Source: Azolla caroliniana
Lineage: Eukaryota > Plantae > Polypodiophyta
NCBI GenBank assembly: GCA_043228905.1
Contig: JBHGNT010000012.1
Location: 19,902,001 to 19,966,000, forward strand
Direction of reading: 5' to 3'
Length of the DNA stretch: 64,000 bases
Shown here: positions 12,335 to 26,236 of the stretch, one piece after another
Numbering within the stretch: the stretch's first letter is position 1
Layout of the letters: every line of letters begins with the position of its first letter
Notes under the pieces: generated by a model
What the model was told of the DNA's origin: nothing
What the model saw: the letters and a program-made list of their open reading frames with translations, nothing else
Databases searched by the model: none
Program-made: the position numbers and the translations under genes

Positions 12335-15300
12335 TCACTTGACCCTACTCTCTCTTTGAGTTTTCACATGCAATCTCGCCTCGAATTCACATCTAGGGCA
12401 TGGAGGGTCATGTGTGTGCACAAGAGCCGTGGCATGTTCAAGACATTCGGCATGGAAAATGTGACCACATTCAAGGACACTAACCACTGGTAATTCTTTG
12501 CTTCTCGAGATCCTCGGAAAGTGTGAAGGTGACTTCCAAGATGTCACTTTCAAGCATAGACCACACTTATGAGGTTCCCTATGAGAGATAGGGTAATGGT
12601 ACTCTTGGCGCATCGCCTCCATACAAAGCTTGAAGGAAAAATCTTCATTCTTGTGACTTATACGATCCACAAAAGCATCCGTCTTTGAAGATATGTCCAT
12701 ATTGGACCATCTCGAGCTTCTAGGAAGTGACATCTCCAAGAGGTCAGCAAAAGAATGCATGTTATAGGAGTGTTCTGTCGAAGTGCTATCGCTAACACCA
12801 CTACTTGCCAAACCAAGCGGGGGCTCGATAAGCCTGCCTTCCTTCGACTTGAAGCGACCCATTGTGGACCTCTTAGAGATTGATCCGATCGACCCAAATG
12901 AAATTGATCGTTCTGACTCCTGTTGTTGACATGAAAAGAGATTGTTCTTGTCATATCCTGAGTCAACACATGTGGCATAGCTAAAGAAAGTTGAATCAAT
13001 GTTATATAGTAGGGGAAAATAAAAAAATTGCCCCTAAGTTGTTACATATTTACCATTACACCCATAAGCTTTCAAACTTTTACTAGAATACACTTGTAGC
13101 ACTAGACAGTGTACTCATGAGGGGTATTCTCGCAGGTTTGAAATCTTACGGGGATTCTAGTAAAGATCCACCAAGTTAAGGAATATTTTGATACTTTTCC
13201 CTGTATAAAGTATTATAGGACATGAAAAGCATAGACCAAAGAAAATTAAATCACCATCCTAACAAACCTGACGTGAAAATGTTCCAAACTTTTGTAAGCT
13301 TTGGTCTGTTTAAAAACCAATCACAACCAGATAATATAGATCAGTCAAAAGTGAAATGGTTAAATTGATTATCTTAAAACACACATCCCAGGTTCTTGAA
13401 ACTACTTTGTTGTTCTTTACATAAGTGAGTGCATAGCCTTCTTAATGTAAAAACCCTAAATCATCATATGCCTGACCAATACAAAAAAAAACTTGTAGAA
13501 AGCTGGATTGTGAAGTTCACCATTTTTTTGATAAATTATCCATATACAATAATAGTAAAGGGTATGCAGCCATAGCAGAGAGTAAAGCACTAGTGGACAA
13601 CCCTGGCATACCGAGTTATCTAGGGACTAAGCATGTATGAATTTTCTGTTAGACATATATGAGGACTCATTGTTTTGATAGAGGAAATAAACAACTTTTA
13701 AAACTTTTTTTACTCCAAGTTCAGTCGTGTATTTTTTGCATATTCTATACCAATCTATGCATTTTCAGTGTTGTCTGTTATGTGTGTGTGTGGGATAATG
13801 CCGTACTGCTGTAAATGAATTGTACATAAGCCATCTGTCATTGAGTGCACAACTAGTTTAACGAATAGTCAGTGAACTACTGCATATACGTAATCAGAAG
13901 TCAATCCCCTACATATTCACACATGGTCCTTTCGAGGACGAGTTTCAATAGTCCTTTCCATGAACTTCGTTATGTTCCCGAATATCGAGTGCCACTTATG
14001 AGGTAAAGAATGGCAGATTTTTAAATCTTCCCAAATTTGGAGATGAAATTCAGCAGCTATAGACCATCCAGCCAAGTGCCTTCCATTTACCTAATTCATG
14101 TATGGTGGCTTGCAATTCATTTTTAAGAAAAATCAGCTTCCAGCCCATGTGTTCATTGCGGACTAAGAATAGGTGATATATATGTGAGAAATTCTTATCT
14201 AGCTACTCTAGATTGTGAATTGATCGAAGGAGAGGAAGCAGGGTTCATGAAGAAATGCTTGACACATTCTTGTTCCAACTCTGCTTTGGTGGATGTCCGC
14301 CAAGTATTCGTCATTTTTAATTTTTTATGATAAAAGAGATTTGAAAAGAACTGCGTGCAAAGCAAACTTTGTCAAGACTTGATACATCTCTAGCATATAT
14401 ATAGATCATGTTGATCGATTTTGACTTTGGAGACACCGAAAAGTCCTTCATTAGCACATGTCAAGTGACATTCATCTTACAGTTATTGTAGTCTATACAG
14501 TTAGCTTTGGCAAGATGTATTGTATTCCTATGCTCGTGAGTATACCACATACCGTGATCATCTATGACAACTTGCATCCACATTTTAAACCTGTGCCAGG
14601 AAATGTTGATCGATTTTGACTTTGGAGACACCGAAAAGTCCTTCATTAGCACATGTCAAGTGACATTCATCTTACAGTTATTGTAGTCTATACAGTTAGC
14701 TTTGGCAAGATGTATTGTATTCCTATGCTCGTGAGTATACCACATACCGTGATCATCTATGACAACTTGCATCCACATTTTAAACCTGTGCCAGGAAATA
14801 TTTGGATTGTGATCAATTTTGCAGGTGTATAGAGGCAATTAGTGTGCAAACCATTTGTTGGAAGTGATCATGTGACAGGTAACTTTTAGTAACTTTGGGT
14901 TTTCGTCCACAAAGGTTGATTGCCAACATGCAAGCCATATAAATACAGATAGAAATATGTAGAGGTACATCCATTTCCACATCTACCTACAGAGATATAC
15001 ATCCACATATTATAGATACACATAGACATTCACATATACATAAGCATATGATTAGACCATGATTATCAACCATTTGAGTTAAAAAATTTATAAAGTACTA
15101 GAGATAAAGAAAAGTAAGACATACCTGAATGCATAATCTCGCGATCCGAGACCTCATTTGATGTCAAGGAAGGGCAGTAGTGTGAAAAATGGAAGCTGTC
15201 TGACATGGTAGGACTATTGTCCACTCCCTCATATTGAAATTCATGATGTTTATTATCATTTTGTTGAGAAGAAACAATCAATCCAACAAAGTCATTACCA

Positions 15301-15536
15301 CTACTACTGTTGCTTCTGTAGCGTCTGTTGCTAGAGGAGCGAGAAGACCTATTCTGTTGAAGAGGATGAGGTATGACGGAGGTCTCATGATTATCTTCAT
15401 CACCATCCATGGAAGCTCCACATTCATATGGTTTTCGTCTTCGCCTTCGTCTTCTTCTTCTTCCCCAATCTTGTTGAAATGACAGAGATTTTGATGGGTC
15501 CCGAGACCCTTTCATCACACCACACACGGAACCCAT
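12335..15536 (-). CDS. Plant RING/U-box-like zinc-finger protein with a C-terminal CGxC...CGHxxHAECLE...DPxCPxC domain (~344 aa)
   Basis: Exon 1 is 15536-15125 (MGSVC..., GT donor). Exon 2 is 12957-12335 (AG acceptor). The phase-1 join is in frame with the 12335-12862 ORF. Additional internal exons cannot be excluded. Confidence 0.75.
13012..13202. mobile_element. Mutator-like MITE in the RING gene intron
   Basis: GGGAAAA...TTTTCCC ends with loosely complementary halves. No clear TSD. Confidence 0.4.
13890..14860 (-). mobile_element. Degraded LINE fragment in the RING gene intron
   Basis: Minus-strand ELQATIHELGKWKALGW resembles the pre-RT 'K.PG.DG...EF' region. Many stops. Confidence 0.4.
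14408..14798. repeat. 195-bp direct tandem duplication
   Basis: 14408-14602 is repeated, apparently identically, at 14603-14797. The ORFs at 14461 and 14656 share the same peptide. Confidence 0.95.
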
Positions 15537-16094
15537 ATAAATCCCCTGTTTTGACGTATATATTTGTTAAAAAACACTAAATTTTGCCATGTATGGACAG
15601 ATATATACAGGTAGGAACCTTAAGTTTTTCCTTCCTCTGACACATACATATAAGTAGAAACCCTAATTGTTGCCTTGCCTTGCAACATAAATAGGTCGAA
15701 ACCCTGAATTTTGCTCTGTTTTGGCATATTCCTATATAGGGGCCCTAAATTGGGCCCTGTTTTGACATATATGTATATACAGGTAGAAACCCTAATGCTC
15801 GTACAGCATCGATCAATGTTTGCGTATAAACCTCCTAACTATCTATCTACACACACATAAATATATAACTACTGGATTCTCTGATCGTTCTTTGATTTCT
15901 AGCTCTGCATCAGAGCCAGGGGAAAATTTGAGCTTTAAACAGATGGCAGGATTTAGGGTTATTTTCACTGTCAGATTTGGAGGCTAATGAAAATGGAACC
16001 CTAATCTTCTTCTTCTTCTTCTTCTTCTTCTTAAGAGCTTTGCATTATTGTTGAAGAAGCTTAAATGTTTGTATGAATAATAAAATTGGTGCAG

Positions 16095-16440
16095 GCTCCA
16101 TGTTGACTTCTTGTTATCTTTATAACTGATATGTGTCGTGGTGATGCCGCGTGTATGCTGATGTGGCATGTCCCGTGCATCGGGATATGACATGTGTCAT
16201 TGCTGATGTGGCATGTGCCATGAATCGTGATGTGACACGTGTCATTGCTGATGTGGCGTATATGTGTCGTGATGTGCCGTGTCACTCCATGTTGACTTCT
16301 AGTTATCTTTAACCAGTGGGCATGTGTCGTGATCTGACATGTGACATGTGTCTGCGAACGCTGATGCGGCATGTGACATGTGTGGTGCAAAGTTCAAATG
16401 TTGATGTGGCATGTGTCGTGATGTGACATGCCTCCTGCGT
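16095..16440. repeat. Degenerate GATGTG(G/A)CATG tandem array upstream of the RING gene
   Basis: Many GATGTGGCATG/GATGTGACATG/TGTGTCGTG units. CTCCATGTTGACTTCT occurs at ~16096 and ~16285. Confidence 0.7.
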
Positions 16441-17424
16441 CGTGTGCCCGTAACATTGTATGTTGTTCATCGGAAGAGAAAGGACGGAGAATAAAAGGTC
16501 GAGTTTATCACAATCCTTGGGATTCTGTTCTGGTCGAAGTTTTCATCCAAAGACAAATGATTTAGAGAAAGAAAAAGATTACAAGGGGGAAAAAAAAAAG
16601 GAGTTTCGGTGTCTGTTCGGCTTTGTTTAACAGGCACGTATGTGTATCCGTAGAATTGAATGAACTATTCGTACTATAATAAAAGAAAATATGAACGTAA
16701 GATGGACTGTCAAATGCCATGTAGTTAGAACTTTTTGGACGTGAAGACATGAACAAGTGAAGGACCGAAAATGGGTAGGAGAGCATGGCTCAAAACGGTA
16801 AGAGCTAGCCTCTAGTAACTGAAAATGATCAAAGGCTTGAAACTCCTCAAAGGTGATTGAATGAAAAAGGTAGACCCGCCTTATATGTAGGTGACACGGC
16901 AAGAATGGAATATGTATATTAAATATTAATGGTTGGCATAAATCTTCTTGAAGTTAGGCACCTATGAAAGGATAAGGACAAGTGCATGCACTTATGTTAA
17001 ATCTCAATGGTTGACATACATATTGCTGAAGCCAGGCCGATGCAATGATAAGGACAAGTGCATGCTCAAAAGAAAACACAATGGTGCATATTAAGAAGAT
17101 AGGATTTTATTTTTATTTGAGAAGAAATCTTTTGAAATCTATAATATGAGCAAGAGAGCTCATTGTTGGGGATCAGAAGCTTTTTTATCCCCTCGACTCT
17201 TTTTTACTTTAAATTCTTCTTGCAAGTCCGATAACATATCAAGTTCAAGAGACTAGCATTCTTTGCCCTATAAGGATTAGATCGTGTTGGGAATAGAATA
17301 CAATTATGATCCTTAACTACTAATCAATATCTATGGTTATACTTAATTATAGGTTAATCAATTATAGGAAAGATTAACCCCTATTTATGATTAATCAACA
17401 AGATATAGATATGATATTCTTAGC

Positions 17425-17470
<46 letters not shown>

Positions 17471-19197
17471 TAAAAGGTTCACTCTTAACGATGAGAACGC
17501 TAGACTCATTAATGGCAAATTGCTAACAAAGATAACACAAACAACAAAACAACAATGGTGACAATAAAATTTGAAGGTGGTTATTTCTCACTTGCGTAGA
17601 CTCTACATAGTTTGGGGAACTTACAAGGTGCTCTCATCACTAGCTTCTAGCAATAATTATAATCCCGACAGTGATGCCAAAGATGTAACATCTTTTAGTA
17701 TCCTTCTTGAATTCGCTTCTCACTCGGGTTTTCTTTTGAGAACCATGACCTCAAGATCCATGTGTAGGGATGTAGCACCATCTACCTTATTGTTGGCAAG
17801 ATTGACTACAATGAGTGTCAAGTCACTCTCAAGCTACTTATACCTAGATAGTAGACTAACTACTACAACAAACTTTAATCCTAATATATGACATAATCAT
17901 TTTCATGAGGTTAATTAAACACTTAAATTCATGTGAGACTTCACCATGACTCAAGCGCTCGAATGAAGAGCGATAAAGGGAGAAATCAACAATTAGGCTC
18001 CAGTTCCAATCCATGTTAATATAATTAGAAGTTATGAAGATACAAAGCTTAGGCTTATAACATATAATTAGGTAGATGTGTGTGTGAGAGAGAGGCTTGG
18101 GCCTTCCGCGATGAAAGGTTTATAATTTCACCTTTATAATTATTCCTTAATTAATAACAACTATGTCCTTTCACACTTGGGAGGGTATAAAGGACGCTTA
18201 TAAATGTTACCTCTACAGCCCATTACAATGTTAGGCTCTTTCTCTAGTACTTCTATAAAGAGTGTTTAGTGTGTCCTTAGATCATAGCATCGGATGTGAC
18301 ATGCTTAGAGGATATTTAACAACTATGAACAATTGGTTGATTACACTAGTGATGCTTTTTTTGTTTGGAACATCAACCGTCAATGGTTTTCAAATTTTGT
18401 TCCATGTCTTTGACTCCAAGTTTGTGTGGTTACGTTCTTAATATTTGGTGAATTAGGAGATTTATTCTCCTTGTTATCATACTATGGAAACTATAGAGAA
18501 CATTATCAACACTCCTAATAAAACCATGGACTTCCCATTGCCACTACCTAGAAAAGTCTACCTTTAGTACTCTAGCTAGCTCCTAGCTTAACATCACATC
18601 GTTGTCATCCAAGAGGAATGTGTGACAACCATCGATTACAATGTAATGCTCAAATCCTAATCCATCTAGAGAAAAGTTTTATTTTTCTCAATTGAGTTTT
18701 CCCACTATGAAATACATCATCATCATGACAATATTTCCTCGTGTTCTAATTGATTAATGACATAGAAAAGAATAACTAATAAAAGAGTATGAATGCATAT
18801 GGTATTGCCGAAAAGCGATCAAGTAAATGATTGTTGATTTTTATTGCCACCCATTTTGATGTACAAAGATGATTTCCCATTTCACATACAAGTGATTATT
18901 ATAGAATAGTGGAACAGATGTTTCAATAGAACACATTCTTGGCATTTATCTAGAAAGGTAGAGTATGCATTATCTAAGTGCAAAATCTTGTTTGTCGGAA
19001 GTACTATAATTAGAAGCTCCTTTGTGCAACTTGTTTTTCAATGGCCATGAATTGTGTGGCATTCTATGTCATTGGAAAGAAGTCATAATTGAGCTTCAAT
19101 GCCTCATACACATAGAACTCATATACACCACCAACTAGTTTCGTGGGTGCCATGCAACATATGTTCTCGAAGAATGATTGGGTGCACTCTTGATTAT

Positions 19198-19400
19198 GAT
19201 CAAGCCATAAGTCTTACGTGAACCTGATTCTCTATCTTAATCAATCATGATCAGGCCATAAGCCTTACGTGAACTCGATTCCCTACCTATATCGGTTGTG
19301 ATCAAGCCATAAGCCTTACGTGAACCTGATTCTCTACCTTTATTGGTCGTGATGAAGCCTTTAGCCTTACGGAAATGATCAAGCCATTAGCCTTACATGA
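19198..19400. repeat. 51-bp tandem array (~3.5 copies)
   Basis: GATCAAGCCATAAGCCTTACGTGAAC-like units at 19198, 19249, 19300 and 19351. Confidence 0.85.
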
Positions 19401-19797
19401 ATGCGGTCCTAAATTTATCAGTCGGAATGGCCACACGCCACACGCCACACACACACACACACACACACACATATGTACATATATGTTTCGAAAGAGACGT
19501 GTCTACGACTTGGTTCGAATGAGGCCAACAATATCAACTATTTACAAATGTAGGCTCTTTCCCCACACATGGCCTAAACATAACACAGTGTAGGCTCTTT
19601 TTCGTAAACGGTTTGGTTTAAATGGCTTCATAATTTTTAAACGGTTTGGTTTCAAGGCCAAGAAACCGAACTGAGCCGAGCCGAAACCGAAACCGGGCCC
19701 ATTTCTATGTACACCACCACACTTAGTTAAAGGCCAGGTCTAAGAGGAGGAAGACCACCTAAAAACAGAGTAACTTTTGAAGCTCTTGGCAATAGCT

Positions 19798-22296
19798 ATG
19801 GCTATGGCTATGGCTCAGCTTGTTGCTGTAATGGGGTTTGAGCTAAAAGCTCAGCATCTGCAGCAGCCATGGTGGAGAAGGAGGAGGTCTCATTCTACAA
19901 CCGACAAGAGATATAATGTCTTCATCCAATGCTCTTCCAGTGAGTACATACATTATCTATCTCTATCTCTCTCTATCTATATATGTGATATTTAGCCAGA
20001 GAGAGAAATAGAGGGGTATTTTTTCTGTGCAGAAGATGTTCTATTCATTCTTGTTTCTGATGTTTATAAACACATGATCCTGATCACCCCCAAAGTTCTT
20101 GGATTTTGTTTATAAGAATAGCCTTCCTTTACCTTTGATCTCAGATAGATATGGAGGTAGTAGTGGTAGCCCTAAGACAGGATCTGTGGGCTCCCAAAGG
20201 CTCAAAGAAGGAGCTCTTCCTGGCACCTATTGGAATAGCAAGTAAGCCTGTGTTTATTTTCCATGTTTTTATAAACACACACACACACACACATCTATAT
20301 CCCTCTGTATTTGTGAATTTTTTCAGATGGAAATTTGTTGTTTTTTTTATGTATTTCGATGAGATATACATATGATAAGAGACAAAATTTTCTGTTGTAT
20401 CGCGTTTCTAGTGTAGAAAATTTGTATAGTATAGTGAGAGTGGCATTCTCTTTAGATCATTATGTGGCACATATTCATTGGCTCCAGACGAAAACTGAAT
20501 CAGCATTGTTGACACAAGTGGTATTTGCTCATTGGCTCATCCAGAGGAAAAATTTGAAAGGCAGTAGTGGCGCATATTCATTGGCTCCAGAAAAGAAAAT
20601 TGGTTGTCTTTAGCATATTGAAGGACAGATTTGTTGATTCGAGAAATTGGAATAATGGGGTATGTACACAGATTCATATAATATACATATCGATACACAT
20701 GAATCAACAGAAATGGGCTGGTTTCCATTGACGCCCATTCCTTTAAACATTAGCAATCTAAATAGAAAAGGGTACCGTTTGAAAGGGTTACAGAAAAAGT
20801 GCGTTTTGTTCATGAGAAAATCTGCAAGATAAGGGTAATTATTCCATATACCAATGGCACATGATATTTATTCTAGGGCACTTGAGATTTTCCTATTGAT
20901 TTTTGTCATATCTTTTACTAGAGAATCATGGTTGCTCCATTTTTGGATGTAGTGCAGAGCTTGGAGGTGATGTCAGAGTAGCGTTCAACAAAGGAACTGA
21001 AACGGTAACAAAATTTCAGTCACATTTTTAAGCTCAAAACAGATGGGAGATTAACTACACCAAAGTGCCTCATATGTTGTTATTCCTGAATCCTAACAAG
21101 AGTCTCCTTTAATCAGCTCTCTAATGATTCGATTGCATTCTGGCTTTGTGCAGGTGATTGAAGCCGCGAGAGTTGGGGAGAATCTGTTGCGTGTAGCGGA
21201 GCGATGTGGAGCTATGGTTCCAAATCCTGTAAGGATGCGTATATTTTCATATGGAAAAAAACTCCAAAATACTTCCTAAGCTTGTCATTATTCTCGCAAA
21301 TGCTGGCGAGTTTCCGGTATTTCCCCAAAGGAGCTTCATGAAACCCTCTGAAAGAGAGGATGAATCAACCAAAATAAGCGTGTAACATGATTGCTCTTTC
21401 AGAGGGTTTGACCAAGCCGGCATTTTTGGGGGTGGGCGGAATGATTTGGATCCCGTATCTCTCTAATGATTTAAACCTTGGTCATGCTATTAGGACTTCT
21501 GCTTTGAAGGGTCTTGTTGTCATTGTGAGATGGAGGTTGTTGGAGGAGCATCTGAGGTTCTCTTTTTTTGCTTCATTTAAAAAAAAAATTCTACCTGATA
21601 ATTAGTTCTTTTCTTTAAAAAGTTCCAAGAAAACTATTTGTTTTTCCTTGGTGAATTTGTTTAGGTTAGCTCAGATGCAAGCAATAAGAAGATTGAGGAG
21701 CTTGTGAGAGGTTGTATTTGCCCTGTAAGTTCATATATACATGCATATATACATACATAGCTTGCATTCATGCATGCATATATACATACCCACCTTACAG
21801 ACATACCTTGCATTCATGCATGCATACATACATATAAGATTTTATTGATTGATTTATTTCCACAATTCAAGTAGATTCCTTATTTGAGTTTTTATATTAA
21901 ATTATACATAGATGTTTGTTTTTTTTTCCCATTATTCAATATTTTGAATAATACACACACATGCATATGCTCTACATTTTCAAGCTTTACACATTTTACT
22001 TAAGTTTTTGAGGATTTTGTTTTAACTATATGTTTAAAGTGATCTTCTTTCAAGTTTTGTTTACATTTTCTTTTTCATGAAGTCAATACGGCAAAGCCCT
22101 CCCAAGGATTGTTGATGTTGATGTTTTGTGTCTCTTGTTTGGCCTCCTTGGCTCTTTCTAGCCTCTGAAAAAACCTTAATATAACTTTTCTTTCCTTCCC
22201 TGTATATGTATTATTTATTAGGTTCCTATGAGGGAAGGATGTGTACAAGTTAATATGATCAATGAAGAGGATGTGTGGGGCGATCAAGTTCTCTAA
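19798..22296 (+). CDS. Plastid-targeted [2Fe-2S] ferredoxin-like protein resembling cyanobacterial Ssl3044-type ferredoxins
   Basis: GT-AG exons: (19798-19939), 20149-20241, 20922-21004, 21154-21228, 21494-21556, 21665-21724, 22222-22296. Mature part reads VRVAFNKGTET-VIEAARVGENLLRVAERCGAMVPNP-DFCFEGSCCHCEMEVVGGASE-...LVRGCICP-VPMREGCVQVNMINEEDVWGDQVL*, containing CX4CX2C...C. The start is 19798 or 20151. Confidence 0.85.
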
Positions 22297-23799
22297 CTTC
22301 CATTTCCATGGTCAACTCAGAAATTTTCTCTAACTTCCATTTCCACGGTCTTCAACTCAGAAAATTCTTCCCCTTTTTCTTAACAAGAACAATCTGGATG
22401 TTAAAAAAATATATCAAGATGTCATCACTTCTATTGTATCAAATGCAATTTGGCCAAGGTGATCATTTGTAAGAGAAAGAGAGTGTATACTACAAACTCA
22501 TATGCATATACATCGTGCATACATATTATACTTTGGGATGCATTGATTGATGCCTTGTGCTCAATTATAGGCTTTCTCTCTCTTTGGAGGGATTATGGTT
22601 TGGTAAAGAGTCATTACCTAACCCTTATGTTTATTTGTAATGAAAGCTAAAGCTGTTTATTGGCTTATTGTAGTATTAACAATAATAAAGATTAGTATCT
22701 GTTAATAACATCCAAAAGACCAATATTCTATAAATGATGCGGAGATATGCATGCTGAGGAGGAACCATTACGGTTCTAAACTAACAGAAATGCAAATACA
22801 GATTATTGTGAAGTTTAGACAGAACTTTGATAAGATGAAACTGATTACATTCAAGGACTAGGTGATTTTCATTTCCAACTCTATTGCGGTATAAATAATG
22901 TGTATAACATGCGTACTGAGGTTGAAGCAAGAAGTTTTGAATTAAGAGAGATACAGATTATTGTGGGATTTAGGTAGAAGTTACATGAACAAAGATCAAA
23001 ATGCTTACATTCAAGAAGATTAAGTGATTTTTATTTACATCTATTTTGTAGAACACATCCTTGGTACTAGTAGGAGATTAGGCAATTATTGTCAACAAAA
23101 GATGATGACTTGAAGAATAGGAGCCTAGGTTGAAGAAGGTTTTCAAGAATATCAATCCTAGTCAAAGAAGATTACAAACCCATTTAGAATATTATGAAGA
23201 TTAAGAGGTCATCCCCTTGTAGAAGATGATGATGAACGAGGAGAAATGAAGAAGATTTTTCGACTAGCTTTCCTCTAATGCCTATGCATGATAGATTCTT
23301 TTTCCTCTCGTTTAAGCTTAAATGTGCATATGGAACCTAAACATATGGGTAAAACAAGTAGACATTCCTCATATCCCAAACTTTGGGTAGGATTTTCCCT
23401 TGTTTGTATTTCAACAACCTACAAGCAAGTCACTTTAGGCGTGTTTGATTGATGGTATGTTATTAAGCAAGTATAGGAAAATGCAAGGGGCCGATTATAG
23501 GAGGGTTTGAGAGAGAGGTACAAGTCATAAACCTCTAATTGTTCCTAGAGAATATTAGATACAAAATTTATTGAATTTCTCCATTGTGTAAGGTTTCCCT
23601 TGAATGCAAGATATGCAAAATTTCCACTCTTTTTAAACGCTCCTACAAGACCAATATTATGAGTGTTGATGAAAGTACTAATGACGAGAATGATGTTAAC
23701 ATCAATTATTATTTCACTCACTTTAATTCCACAATTTTAAGTGGGTTGGACATCGTGGATATTCCACAATATCCAACCCACCAAAAATTGCGGAATTAA

Positions 23800-24790
23800 G
23801 ACATCAACCAAAGTTGGTCTTTGCTCTTGCATGTCATCTAGATTAGATGTCTACTCAATTGTTTTTTGGAAGAATTTTTCAAAAGTCCTTGTATGGGGCC
23901 GTATTTCACTTGACAACTTGAAGTGTGCCTACGATAAACTCTTCATAGAAGTACTAACAATGGTGGCTTGGTGCGTAGAGCTTCAAACAACAATGTAGCC
24001 AAACACTGATGATTTATTAACTCTAGTAGCCATACAAGGCAAACCCTCGAAACTAATTGTGATTTTTGGGTGTTAGCCAAGTTTATGGTTATTTATGTGA
24101 TCAACATCTCAAGCAATTTGAAAGGCTTGGTGGTAGTGCAAAAGCTTTGAGTCGAGAAACTATCACACTATAACCACAAACATTCATATGTGAAGTGTAT
24201 GTCCATGTGCCAAAGTGGTGCCAGAAGTTGGATTCATAGTTGACAAAATTTGTTATTCTCGGATATGGGCTTGCTAGGTTTGGCTATTGGATGTTTAGGT
24301 GGTGTCATTGTCAGAAACTTCAAATACAAGTTAGAGCTCATTGAATGATAGACAAGAGTCAACCTACATTGAAAAGATCGACCACCTTGAGCCATTAAGC
24401 CAAGTGGATGAGATAATTTAAGCCTAGAGATCACCCAGGGATCAAATGAATTGGGGTGATCATATTTGATAGAAGAAACGTTTAACTCAAAGAGTGAACA
24501 AGTGGATCATATCAAATCACTAACGGCCATAAAGGGCATTAGTAGATCCTCGAGGATAGGTGTATCATGTAGCATAATCAAGAAACACTAAAGAGATCAA
24601 GGAAATGATACTTCGAGTTTCAAATAGGAACCACCACTTTGACAAATACTTTCGGGGTAAACATGCCAATAAGTTTGTACCAAGCGAAGACCACTTGATG
24701 CTCATAGATAATGGGGAGACCATATGTTACAAAGAGACAATGGAGTTTGAAGATATTGAAATGAAGGCTATCCATGAAGAGCACGATGGA
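23800..24790 (+). mobile_element. Highly decayed copia pol relic
   Basis: LMLIDNGETICYKETME resembles the pre-RT 'VLLTDEGEP.SFEEA' segment of copia A. Boundaries are uncertain. Confidence 0.35.
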
Positions 24791-25812
24791 ATTGATTCAC
24801 ATATCAACTTTAGGAAGTCCCGCCTCCAACCCTAAACTTCCTCTATCGAATTGGTGTCCTTTTCATCACCCAACACATCAATCTAACCAAAGACCATCAT
24901 CCTCGCCATCCACTTGCACCCAATCCACAACACATTTACATTTACATTCACCTCCACCTAACCCTCCCCCCTTCATTCACCCCTATCTGTCCTTCTCCAC
25001 CTCCCCCTACTTTTGTGATTCACACATTTCTCTGAAGATCTTCATCCTCAACATCCATTTTCACCCCATCATCCCCCTCTCCTCACATCCTATGTCCCAC
25101 TTCACTTATTGTTCTCTCTTCCATCCCCATTGCTCCTCGTTCCCCACCCCCTATTTCTAAAAACTCCATCAAACTTGAGTAGCCCTCCTCCACATTGTCA
25201 TCCTTAGCACAACGAGAGTGTGGTATCAAGGTAATATCTATAAACATTTTGTACCCTCCAAAGTGTGAAAGAGACATAATTGTACTGTTGATGAATAAGG
25301 AACAACTATAAATCTTTTGTAAAGGTTCTTCCTCAATTTATATATCTCCCTATAGTTAAAGCTTAAGTATATAATAGAGAGGTGAGTAAAAAGAAGAAGA
25401 AATTAAGTCCCATAGGTCATATTTGACCTCCGAAGACAATAATATAATCTCTCTCTCTCTCTCTCTCTCTACTTCATCGTGAAATTCGTGAAAGCTATGA
25501 TGATATATTAAGAGGGGCCGACGACTTGAGTATCATAGTAAAGAGAACACCTAGAAGGTTGAGCTCATAGTTGTATGCTTTATTCGTAAACTGAGACTTG
25601 GTGCTTCAAAGTATGAATATCCCTTCTTAGGAGGGAGACACGCATCAAGATAATTTTTGCACTTTCGGTCCTATGGTTTCAATATTGGCCTCTCTATGGA
25701 TGCTAAAAAAATCTATCTATCTATCTAAAGCTATAAGCCTAGGCCCTAACCTTTGTATCATCATCAAATTATAATGTCCCCAAACTTGAATAAATGGAAG
25801 TGAAGTCATGTT

Positions 25813-25879
25813 GGATACAAGGTATCATGATTATCATTGAGCTATAATAGCTTAGTCGTAATCATGATACCTTGTATCC
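25813..25879. repeat. Hairpin with a perfect 21-bp stem
   Basis: GGATACAAGGTATCATGATTA (25813-25833) pairs with TAATCATGATACCTTGTATCC (25859-25879). A second 3' arm lies at ~26146-26178. Confidence 0.9.
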
Positions 25880-26236
25880 TCTATCAAGCACATAAGTTAT
25901 GGTTAAGCCTCACATGAATTATGTGTTTCATTAACCTTGTGTAAGTGATTAAGTCATAGAGTAGGATTAAAGTTTCATTTCGTAGTTAGCCTACACATAG
26001 TAGCTTGAAGAGTGAATGCCACTCACTCTTGCTTGCCTTGACAACAAATGGTACTTCCACGCACATTGACCTCGAGCTGGTTCTCAAAAAAAGCACATGA
26101 GTAAGAAAGAAGTAGCTTTTGGTAATGACGCCAAAAAAGCACTACAATAGCTCAATCATAATCATGATACCTTGTATCTAATATGCGGTCTATTGTTTTC
26201 TAGAGGTAATCAAGAATTTTCTACTAGGGTCAAGAT

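Noticed and set aside
13920-13950. Hammerhead ribozyme (GTCC-TTTCGA-GGAC-GA)
   Set aside because: No CTGANGA core or GAAA in the right place; it lies within a LINE relic.
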